In this document: positions 26,101 to 37,000 of the stretch, piece by piece | Layout: the number at the start of each line of letters is the position of its first letter | How positions within the stretch are numbered: position 1 is the stretch's first letter | The notes under the pieces: generated by a model | Told to the model about the DNA's origin: nothing | What the model saw: the letters and a program-made list of their open reading frames with translations, nothing else | The model's database searches: none | Assembly: GCA_036172245.1 (NCBI GenBank) | Contig: JAYWIR010000006.1 | Coordinates: 62,001-126,000 of the forward strand | Length of the DNA: 64,000 nucleotides | From: Raillietiella orientalis | Taxonomy: Eukaryota | Direction of reading: 5' to 3' | Program-made: the position numbers and the translations under genes

Positions 26101-28574
26101 TCAAAAAAACAAACCGAGAGAAACAAAAAAAAAAAGGAAAAAGGTGGAAGGAAAACAACGAGGCCAAAAGAATCCAGAAGGATTACCAACGTTCCCGGCA
26201 GGCCGTAATTCGAATCACTCACTTTCACCTCCTCCGGAGTCAGCATCTTTGGTCCATAGGCAGATTCCCGTTCCTGAAGAGCAGCTGCCCTATGCGTCAG
26301 CGGTTCCCTTGGACCTCAGCAGGCAGGAGCGCATCCAAAGCCTAGCAGTTCATGGAATTCCAGGATGACATCTAGGCTTCGTACTTGGACGAGAGAGAAG
26401 TTCTTCAAAGCGTGCCCTCAACAGACAACGGAAAGGGCGGTTTCTCTTCCCGCTGTTGCGAGGTTCACTTCCTTCTCGATCGCCGACCATCCCAAGCTCT
26501 CCTCCTCCTAGAGTCTGTGCGGGCTCGGAGTTCGGCTTCTGTCCGGTCCCTCGAGTCTGCGGATCGCGGCAGCGGGCACAAGCGGTTCCCAGTGCCACAG
26601 CCACGGTGAGGGGTGGAGTCGGAAGAGAGTGCGTCCAGTAGTACCCGGACGGCCTAGCGGCGACGAAAGGTTGCGTGGGTCAACGAGGCCGGCGAATGTT
26701 CTGGGCCTCCCCGACTTTCTTCCACGAGCAACAATGACTCCCAAAAACCTTTCTCCCGCAACAAAGGAATTGCTTCTTATTCGTTCGGCAACAATGCATA
26801 CCCTCGAGCTTCCGCTAGAGTTTCCTTAACAATGATGTTTTCGACTTTGTTGCGATAAATCCTTTACTTGCATGCAGCAGCAACAGATGGGGCCCGCCAG
26901 CGGTGAGCGGTGCAGGCACCGGGGTTCGGCGCTGAATCCTTCCGGGGTTCGAGCAGCGTCATCCGTTCTTTTTTTCTTTTCTCGCTCACTGAAGACAGCA
27001 ACTTGGCTTGGACCCTCCTCCCTCCTAACTCTTTTCTTCGCCGACAAAGTCCGGGTTTTTCTACTGGGAAATGGTCTCCAGTCACTGCTTCCGTGTCTGG
27101 AAGACTAAACGCCATCTGTGAGCTCATGCTTGGGAGCGGCGAGTCCGCCGAAATTTTTTCTTCCGAACAGGAGGAAAGGTTGCCTGAGGAGCCTTAAGGA
27201 AAGGCTCGTGGCTGGCAGCAAGTTAAACGGGCTGCTCTGAGAAATAAAGGAAAGATTTTTCGCACTTCACAGGAAACGTGCCATAGCTGGGAGCGGATGA
27301 AAAGATAAGAAACGAATCGGTTTGTCACGGATGCGTCATGGCGAGTGTCCTTGAGTCTTAATTGCTGATAAATTGCCGGAGGACGGAGATGGGATTCCAC
27401 AGGCAAGCTCAAGTTAATCTCGGAAGCACAACTTCACCCAATACTCCCACAACTTTACTATTTAAAGGATTCCTTCGAGGACTCCGGTTAGTTGAATTGC
27501 TGACCAACGATATTCATGCGTCAGGAAAGAGGTAGAATGATATCCCTCCAGGTAAGAGAACAAATCGAATCATCGACTGCATGGACTATGGTTCTTTGTC
27601 TTCGCTTAACGATGCTCGGCTTTCGCTTCGCGTAGAATCCCTGGTTAGGTGAGTCCTCATCCGCGCGGTTTGGAGACTACCATAGCAACGCGCATCTGAG
27701 GAGGAGGAGACGCCTTCCGTCGTTTTCTGCCCGAAGAATGCGCGCCTGCAGGAAAATGGTGCGTCCTTTGACCTAATCTCCTGACGATACCCAAGAGCTG
27801 CGTCTGTCGCGTGTGCATAAGAACCAGGCTGTCTTTCCCTCAGCGAGCTCTTTGGACTTCTTCCATTCGAAAAGGGGGCTTTGACTTTCGGTTAGGTGTT
27901 CTCCCATGCGTTGCGCCATGCTCAGTGTGCCAGCCCCATTCCCGCGAGCACCCAGTGCAGTTGCGCGTTGCTCTCACCCCGGCGTGTGCTTCCGGGAATG
28001 TCACGAGGAAGACCGAGTGAAGCACTTAGCGTTCAGCTCTGGTCCGCGTTCGACCCCGGCAGACGTTTTTGCTCGTGGACCCTGCGAGGTTCGACTTCGA
28101 TTTGTCTTCCGGCTTTCGGTCAGCGCTCTGCGGAAACCGCAACCGAATCAGTGTGGGTGGATTAGCGCCGGGTATGGTTGGATTGGTTGACTCGAGGGCT
28201 TTTCAAATAATAAACGACTCTTCTCCGAAGAAACGGGGGTCGCAGCGTTCCGGAACAGGTCCATGGATGGAGAGGCAGGATGAAATCTTTCCGAGTGAAG
28301 CCACCGCCAGGGTGCTCTGGAAGCGGTAGCGCAGGGGATGCGCGCGACTCCCCTCTAGATATTTTCGGACGCTCAGCGTGTTCCTATCCGCTCGCCTCAC
28401 ACGCAAGGACGGGCACCGGAAGCCGATTTCCCGTGCGAGGAATCCCAGCAACGCACGAACCCACGCGTGCTTGGCGTTCTCTTCCGTGAACAGAGGAAGA
28501 TCTCTCTGTTCACGGAAGTGGTATAGTGCAGCTGCCTAGAGGATTGGATGGGCTCTCCCGAGATGCGGCCCTCC

Positions 28575-29195
28575 TTGGCGGTTGCGTGTCTGCGGCCTCC
28601 ACGAGCGGCACCAGGCGCTGTGGGTTCGAAACCCTTCCGGAGAATGATGGACTCCGAGAAGGGGAGATGCGTCGTGGGTGTCAAATACCTCCTGGCAGGA
28701 TGAACGCTGGCTGGCCTTCACTGGCGGAAGCAGCCGGAAGCCGGATGACCCTGCTGACTGGACGGGATTGCAAGTCGACACTCCGAGGTCCTTCCAGAAA
28801 CCAAGGAGCCGGCTCTCTTGAGAGTCCCTTCCGGTTGTGCAAATGAGGCCGTACCATGGAGCCAGTTGATGCCTTCTTTGGTGGTTTGTCTCTCTAGGGT
28901 GCAAGAAGTTCGGGGTTCTCCTCTGATGGGAACCAGGAGCGGCATCCTTGCGGGTTCTCTCCGGCGACAACCAGGGCAAGGGTTCTCTTCAGGACTCCCT
29001 CCAAGAGTAAGAGAGAAGACTGCTTCCTCCTAGCATTCCTTCTTCATCCATAGAGTGGTCCCTATGGCGTTGCCCCCTATAGCTTGAAGAGTTGCACCCA
29101 CCCTCGGGTACATGAGAGGTGTCAAAGTGCTCCGTGAGCCCATGGGCGCACCGTTCTTCAGCACCTGGTGGACCCAAAAAGAGAAAAAGAAAACT
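28575..29195 (+). mobile_element. tRNA-headed SINE-like element, copy 3
   Basis: B box GGTTCGAAACCC near 28624, core GTCCTTCCAGAAACCAAGGAG, 3' CACCCACCCTCGGGT motif, and an A-rich end. Confidence 0.78.
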
Positions 29196-29319
29196 CCGAG
29201 ATGTGGACGGCCTGACAGATCTCCAACGGTCGCCACCGTGCAATGCATCAGGGGGTGCCGAGTTCCTATCTAACGCAGCTTCGGCCGCGCTGCCTCGCAA
29301 TCACCTTAATCTACATACA

Positions 29320-29430
29320 CGCATTCATATTAATGTATATCTATACATATATACATACATCTATATCTATATCTGCATCTATCTATCTATATGGGTAGAT
29401 AGATAGATGGATAAATAGGATGGATGTAGA
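29320..29430. repeat. TA/TAGA microsatellite with a strand switch (14-bp inverted repeat)
   Basis: CATCTATCTATCTA-TATGGG-TAGATAGATAGATG at 29376-29409. Confidence 0.9.
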
Positions 29431-30082
29431 ATGAACATCTGCATTTATTTTCGAGATCTTTCGGGATTTTGAACCCGCACATTTTGAAACTTCCGGCTAC
29501 CACACGTGCAAGAAGATGCATGAGTGCACGGCGCCAGTTCTCCCTAAGTCAGAGGCTGCACTGAGGGCAGCAGTGGGTGTGCGCCTGCCTCGGAACGGGG
29601 GTAGAGGTGGGCTGGCGTTCTTCGCAGCAGCAATTCCTTCCTCTTCCTGCAGTGACCCTTCCGCACGTTCCGAGCTCTTCGGGAGCTTTTCGGGAAAATC
29701 TGCGCCGCACTGCTTGCGACCCTTGTGATCCGACCCTTTTCTTTTTTCTTTTTCTTTTTTTTTGTGATCTTTAAGCACCGTGCAGGCACCAATGGGGCAG
29801 AAACCGTCGTTGGCCCACCCACAGGGCCGCCCCAGCGGGTGCTGCTCGTCCTCCTCGCACTGATATGCTCGGGGGCGATTTGCCAAGTGGGCGCTCCCAG
29901 CTCGAAGGTCGCGACCGAAGCTCCAGGAAGCTCTGCCGGGAGGCACCAGAACGCTCTGCAGAGAAGGGAGGACTCCGTTAATACCCAGCCGACCGATCAG
30001 CCCGGAGCGACGGAAGAACTCGATCGAGGTTTGCCAGTTCCGTCCAGAGCGCGTAGCAGCCACTGATCCCCATCCTTCACCG

Positions 30083-31391
30083 TTGCCAGGACCGGGAGGA
30101 CCTGAAGTGCTGTCGGCGCTCGCTGCTTCTTGGGGGCTCTCTCTGCCCGAGGGGCACTCGCAATCGGCCGTACCTTATGGGCGGCTCCCTCGCAGCCCGG
30201 GTCACGGCGGCTTTGCAGGACGACCTGCCCTGAGGCCACCTACTTACACCTCTGCGGAGCCCTTGTATCTGCCACACACCGGCTGGAAGTTCGGCACCTA
30301 CGAAGGGTCTGCCGCTGATGTCTCACGGCCCAAGCAAGAGGCTCCGACCAATTGGTTGTACGGTGGCGCCACCTTCCTCGCCCCGCCACCTGTCTCTGAC
30401 GGATCGCCCGCGCACACAGGAGGGCCTGCGGTCGGTCTGGATGCCAATCCCAAGGGATGGACATTCGGATCCCACGGACAGGCGGCTGCCAAGCAAAATC
30501 CCTCCGGGGCTCCGTTTTTCTCGGAAGAACCGGAAGGCGACAACCCTGCAAGCGGCGCTGCGTCCGCTGCCGATGGAGCAGCATGGAGTCAGCTTCCTGG
30601 TGGCGTCGATTTTCCTACCAAAGGAGGCGCTGGCATTTTGAAGCAACCTGCTCTGGCTGGCGACGAAAGCTTCCCCCAGAGTGCTTGGGGGTTCGAAGCC
30701 CAAAGTTCCAAGACCCCAGCTTCCCCGGGGAGCAGTTTAGGACGCGATCATCCCCCCCTAGGAGGTCCCACAGGTCGGTAAAGGGAGGATGTACCCCGAC
30801 GGTAGCCTTTCTCCAAGTCAGCCTTATTGGATTTGGATTTCAGGATTCGGAACTTTGGAAGGAAGCGCCAACTCGAGCGCCAGCAGCGTCCCTCAGAGGC
30901 CTCCTTTCGTCAGAGATGGCACACACTTTGGAGCTTCTTTGGCTGACCACTTTGCTTCCAGAGGCATCTGGGTCGGCACTGGCGTCTTCCGTCCGTTCGC
31001 GACCGATGGAGGGAGGTGGCTTGCAGACTCGGAGGTGAGCCTAGTGACCCTCCTGCGGAGCAGACGGGTATCAACTCCGAGACTTGGCCCAGTGGTCAGG
31101 TGGGTGCAGTCCGTCCTCGGGAACCGACCCGCCGGCATGGAGCATGCCCGGGGCAGGTGTCGGGTCGTTCTCGAGGTCATTTGGTGGAGATGAAATCGTA
31201 AGTCCACCGGCCCAGCCCGACCGCGGGACGCCTCCGGGGGAGTTGCGATGGAGGCAGAAGGAGGGAAGCACCGACACCTCCGACTGCCTCCACTCCTCCT
31301 GGGTCACATGAGCACCTTCCCTGACGATCGCCCTGGAGGCGCGACTGCCTTTTACCGGGTCGCACCGCTCAATCCCTTCCACGCGTTCCCA
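30083..31391 (+). mobile_element. Probable decayed ORF1 (gag-like) region of a non-LTR element
   Basis: Gly/Pro/Trp-rich 232-aa frame, then an RRM-like stretch (YWIWISGF...LADHFASRG) and a frameshifted CCHC remnant (CLH...LGHMST) near 31284-31320. Confidence 0.3.
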
Positions 31392-31447
31392 CGGGCCCGG
31401 TCAGTACTTGGATGGGCGACTGCCTAGGAACCCCGGGTGTCGTGAAC
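31392..31447 (+). pseudogene. 5S rRNA 3' half (from about nt 63)
   Basis: CGGGCCCGGTCAGTACTTGGATGGGCGACTGCCTAGGAACCCCGGGTGTCGTGAAC is a near copy of 31831-31886. Confidence 0.93.
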
Positions 31448-31737
31448 GTCCTTTGGAGGGACGCGCGTCCCCAAGCAAGAAGACTTGCAGCTTTGAAACC
31501 CAAAGATCTTAATTTTCGTTGCAGCGCGGATCAACAACTCCTCCGACATTCCTTTTCTTTTTTGCAAACGATCCTCCTGTTGCCTGGTCACAGATGAGGA
31601 AGCCTGTTCCACTGCTCGTGCCATCCACCTAGCCGCGAGAAGGTTTCTCCTTTGCTGGCAGCTTCCTTGAACGTCTGAGAGGGTGCGAACTGCTGACTTA
31701 ACTCTTGTAGCTCGCCATCGCCCCGAGAGAACGAGCG

Positions 31738-31744
31738 AAATAAA
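31738..31744 (+). promoter_or_regulatory. AT-rich upstream element at about -30 from 5S
   Basis: AAATAAA at -31 to -25, the usual position of TATA-like elements of 5S genes. Confidence 0.35.
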
Positions 31745-31768
31745 GGCGGCGTTAACGATTAGTTGCAT

Positions 31769-31887
31769 GTTCACGGCCATACCACGCTGAAAGCACCGTC
31801 TCTCGTTTGATCGGCGAAGTTAAGCAGCGTCGGGCCCGGTTAGTACTTGGATGGGCGACCGCCTGGGAACCCCGGGTGCTGTGAACG
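31769..31887 (+). rRNA. 5S rRNA gene
   Basis: GTTCACGGCCATACCACGCTGAAAGCACC...TTAGTACTTGGATGGGCGACCGCCTGGGAACCCCGGGTGCTGTGAAC, ~119 nt. The terminal helix GTTCACGGC/GCTGTGAAC pairs and the internal control region is intact. Confidence 0.97.
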
Positions 31888-31891
31888 CCCA

Positions 31892-31896
31892 TTTTT
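31892..31896 (+). terminator. Pol III terminator (T5) of the 5S gene
   Basis: TTTTT immediately downstream of the 5S 3' end. Confidence 0.8.
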
Positions 31897-32879
31897 GCTG
31901 GGAACGCACGCGTGCGGAGAACAAATGTAGCGGCGAAGAAAAGCACACTTCGCATCACGTGCATTTTGGTGATGCTCATCATGTCGTGCCGCTGGAGAAT
32001 GCAGCCGCTGCCATGGCTTGGCGAACGCGTGCCAATGCCATTGCTTATCGAGATCGCCTCCCCCTTATCATTCTCCTTCCTAAGCGGCTCTTCTTTCATT
32101 CGGAAACCAATTCGGCGCACCCGTGACCCAACCGGTTGCTTGGAAACCCGTCCCCGTCGGGGTGTGGCAACGCTGCATTCCTTGCATCCGCCGAAGGAAG
32201 CCCTCTGGAAAAACGCAAATGGCGCAGGAACTCGTCGGAATGTCCAGTTTCTCTGTGGCGAGCAACAGCCATCTGCAAGAGAAGAAAAGCCGCCGTGTCG
32301 CGTCTCGCCACTCTATGGAGCCGGCTGCTACGCAACGCTCTCGAGCCATCCTTGCTTCAACGGACGCACCATCGAGCAACGCAGAAGTTACCATGGAAGA
32401 AAATGAGAAGCTCGCGAGGTCAAATGTCAGCACCCGGTCAGGGTACCTCTTGGCAAAGTCCACGTGGACCAGTCCAAGGAAGGCAGGGAAGACACCTGGA
32501 ACCATCCTGTCGAGGACGACAGGGCACGGAAAAGAAACGACTCCCAGTAAAGATGGGACTCGAGTCAGGACTCCGTGGCTGCGACCCGGAAACGCGAAAC
32601 CCTAATTTGCGGGGGCCTCTCCCGTCTATGGGGTGACCTGGCTCTCTTACGCGACCTCTGAGCCTGCGTATCGCCGGTGCAGCCAATGCTGCCGCTGCTC
32701 GGCTTCCCTGAGCGAAACTCGGAGCCATCGCCCTTCCAAAATCTGAATCGCGCGTCTTCCTTTTCCGAAGCTCGTTACAAAGTCAGCGATAGCAGGTCAC
32801 ACGAAGACACACCAAACACATACATCTCCCTTCGGTAAAGGAAGCAAAAGCAGCACCTCTTATCAGAACAGAGGGTCGC

Positions 32880-33400
32880 AGCGCATTCTCCGAAAGACAC
32901 GTGCTTAAGAATCGCAACGAGGGAGCGCAATCCGAGGAAATATGCGTGGGAACACCATTCCCTGGCTCCCGAACGGCAACTGCAGCGCTCCTGAAGCTCC
33001 TCAACGTGCAGCTTGTGAAAGGAGCGTCTTTGCCACTGTGCTACCGTCCTGAAAAGGAAGGCGGTCCCAAAACATTTGAGGACCGTGTGCAGCGCAGAAA
33101 GATCCCACTCAACTTCCTGCAAAAACCTCAGCTTTGCTTTGTTTCCCCTACCATCGGCAGGTCAATGACGGTACCTCGCCGCAAGACTCTTCAAAGGCCT
33201 CTATGCGCAAACAAATTGAGAACGCTCCCATGAAACCATAGCACCTCTCCCAACCTTTCGATATGGCGGGTGCTTTCCATCGGTTCCCAAGATGCGAAGC
33301 GCTCAAAGGCTGCAGAAATCTCAGCGCTGTCAACGGACAAAAACAGCAGATGGGATGTGCTCGGCTACGGATTTTCTTGCAGCAACCCTGGAAGAGGTCA
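32880..33400 (+). mobile_element. pogo/Tigger (DDE_1) transposase relic
   Basis: KGASLPLC, ANKLRTLP and HLSQPFDMAGAF (cf. LPxxTTHxLQPLDxGxF) occur in order across frameshifts. Confidence 0.55.
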
Positions 33401-33849
33401 CCACTCCGGGAGGTGAGATTCGACGGAAAACAAGGTTATAAAGGTTCGATGCTATGTTCCAGGGCATCGGAATATGTGTAATTGGAAGGGTTCCGGAAGC
33501 GGAGAAAAACATAAATATTTTGTCTTCAAGAAGATCACCAACAAAGGGGTTCCTCTATCACTAGGGTGGAGTGAAGGCGATGGAATCATTTAGCGTAACC
33601 AGTTCCTGCTGACGACCCAACTTCCCCAACGCTCCCACGATCAAAGTAGAACGGCAGATGTTTGCCATCACCCAGGACCAATGGGCATCAGAATGACCAA
33701 GCATCTGCTCCAAATCCACTCCATGGTTCGAAGCACTAGTTGCTCCCACCTGGTCACTGGGAGGAGTCCCAGAGTGGTGGTTCCTACTTCACACCCATTT
33801 TCGTTCACTGTTTGCTTTCGACTTTCCTCTTTACAAAACATCGCAGTCA

Positions 33850-34080
33850 CTGCCAACAACACCTCAGGCTAAAGGTCGAAGTTCACTGCAAAAATGATCA
33901 CCGATGATCATGGCTTTAAGGAAAAGTCTGGCCAACTAAATGCATAAAGCACTTATTTACAGAAATCGTTCTGCTTCCCTTCTGGAGACACCAAAAGCTC
34001 TCATCCACTTTATTGTGCAACAATTTATTCCACCCATTCTGCCAAACAGACTCACTGCAGCCCTGTTTCTGAACAAGCAC
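33850..34080 (-). mobile_element. Possible integrase zinc-binding remnant (Ginger/KRBA2-like)
   Basis: Frameshifted GGIN..., FGVSRREAERF and VNKC peptides. Confidence 0.25.
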
Positions 34081-37000
34081 ACCATTTGAATGTCTTGGCG
34101 CTCGCTGCCGTTTCAGTTTCTTCCTTCTGCGACTTCAACACCATGCATTTGAGTTCTCCATCATGAACACAAGTCCACTGTTCATACAAGCTGTAATCCA
34201 TGCACCCAACACCACCACAGGAAAATTCACTTCCAGAAATTTCATGCAAAAGTCCATGCAACAGCCAATTTGCTTCGAAACTTCATAGCACCAGTTCCTA
34301 TCTTCTTCACACTTTACCTATAGTCACAGCAGCCACCAGATGCAACACTTCTTCCACCCCATTCAACAGTGAATGTGTAACTATCAACTTCCTTTCTCCC
34401 CAAAGTATCCTGCAACAGGAAGCTCAAAAGCGAAAACTGGCACCACAATTGGAAATATGTTACTGCACAGCCAAACAAACAGCATAGATGCAAATGATCA
34501 TCCTTTGTACTCCAAAATCACCAATCCAAATAGCATCCCAACAGGCACAGCTTTACTAAGTCCAATTACCACAGCAGAGCCCTCTATACAATGACCATCC
34601 ATGCTTCAGCAAATCAGGAGCACCTACAAATGCTCTCCATCTCTAACTGAACATTACAGAAGCAAAAAAGAGCTTCTGCATGTAGAGAGGTAACACAGTT
34701 TCCATCAACAGCCACTCCTAAGGCTCCTCATCTCAAGTATCCAGGGGAAGCCTCATATCTTCCCATCCAAATAATTAAACAGCTCAAATCAGGAACACAC
34801 AAACATGCATTTAACATCAGGAAATCCTTCCACCCTCACAGCTCCTATGTCATTGTAGCAGACAACAGACAATGCACTGGATGAGGGACCACGCAAAGCA
34901 AAATAGAATACCAATCGAAAATGCAAGCATCTTGGCATGCTGCATGCCCTCATCACGATAAGGACACTCTGGTTACAACAAAACCCATGTAACCAAAGCA
35001 GGCCACACTAGGCATACTTCATACCAGTGTGCACAGAAACATTCCAGTTCAGAAACACAGTCCCTATTCAAAACATTCCTCAATATTGCATGTTCATGGC
35101 AAACTATGCTGTCTTTTCTTCATCATACTCAATACAATAAACATCAAGAGAGAAATAAAAAAGCATCTTGTATTTGAAGAAATTCTGATAACACTGCACC
35201 AGTTATGACTACACCTTGGTTTACAAAACATCCATCAGCTTGTCCCTGGGAAACCATCTCAATCTGGATGCTTCAACACAGCTTGCCTACCTTATTCGAA
35301 GGAGGGGGCACCCATGCATTGTTCCCACTCACATGGCATTTTCATCAATCTTTGGATACTGAATGGTGCAAAAGCCAAAGTTACTTCAGTTCATTAATCG
35401 GCATTTCGTACTTCAGCCATCCATCCAGGATATGGCAAGAAGTTCAACCAAAATTCCACGTGATTCTCTATTTACTAGATCCCATATCCCTACTCAAGGG
35501 ACCAAGGGACCCTCTTCCAAATGTTCAGCTCCACAACAAATGGATCCAATTCTAAAACAAGGAAGCATGCGTACACAACACGAAGTTAACACAACCATGC
35601 AAGAGTAATGCTAAGCAGGGAAGGCTTGCAATTTCAGAATAACCATCAACAGCAGTACTCTGACTGGGGCGGTATTCATTCATCACCAAACAGATCAAAA
35701 AAAAAAAATTAAAATCGAAATGCTTCCCCCATTCGTAAATTCAAAGGATTCACAAAGTGTACCGTTTTTCAAACAGCTGGAAGCAAGGGATCCACACAAA
35801 GTAGCTTGGGGTGACACGCCCATTGCGAATGGACATCAAGGTGTTGTGCTGTTTCCCTATAAGATCACGGACTGGTTCCCATCATAAAACACATGAAATC
35901 TACATTTCGCGACGTCCATACAACCCATTTTCCATTATTCCATCGACGATACCTCAACCGAGTTGGCACAACATTCCACCACGACGCTCCACGCTACTCA
36001 TCCGCCTGCGCGCCATCACGCGCTTCATCCCGTTGGTCGCTGCACCCACGCTTACCATAGGCGAAAGGAATGGCCTACGTGGCCCTCGACCTCACTAACC
36101 TCTAACTGAACGGAAAAGAGAAAGAGCCGGCGGCGTTCTGGGGAGATGTCTGGAACCGAAGGAGTTTCCCAGCTGGCTTTTGAGGAAGCGCCCATCAATC
36201 GATTCGGTTCTTAAATTCAGAGAAATACGTTTATCTTTAAGTGCACGCTCGCTCCTCTCCATGTACTGCAAGTTCTGCATTTGAAGACACCCACGAGTAC
36301 AAAGCAGCCATGATCTCTCCTCTGTTGTCATGTCAACAAGATGCAGTTTTGAAAGCAGCAAGAAATGAAAGTCTCTTGTTCTACTTCTAGAGAGACGCAA
36401 AACTTGCACATCCATTCCGTTTGATGTGGATTTTGGGCCATTAGTAGGAACTCTATTCCGTTTGAATTCCCAGACAAAATCGTAACCAGAATTCACATCT
36501 ACAACGTTGGGTAAAGAAGGGCTAATGGGAAAGACAGTTTTGATGTAAGCTCAAATTCTAATTTTTTCCAAATGATCTCAGAATTTGGCGAAAAATTTTC
36601 CAGAGGTACTCAGTAAATGCCCAAGATCCAGACACGTACATTTTTTTCCAATGTGTTCTTACATCAACTGCATTTTCAGTAGATAAACCTGTGAGTTTGC
36701 CCAATAAAGGTTAAAGCTGATTTGTGTTAAGCATTTATTTTCTCAGCACTTTCTTGGTTTACGATATCTGAACGCCGTGCTCAGTTCTCCCTGAGGGTGA
36801 AACCAATCTTTTTGCTTTTGGAATCGATTCTCACGATCACTCTTTCAAAAAGCATGGTGGAGAAGAACCAGATGCTGTCATCTGTTGATTCCACAAACTT
36901 CAAGTAGCAATTGCCGGAATGCTAAATGAAAAGGAAAGAAATCGATTAACAATTTTGCACTTGGTATTCCTGAGAGGGAAGGTATTTCCGGTCTGGCTGT

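Noticed and set aside
26100..26180. A-rich run taken as the poly(A) tail of SINE copy 2
   Set aside because: It could equally be the T-rich 3' UTR of an adjacent minus-strand LINE relic, so it was not used as evidence.
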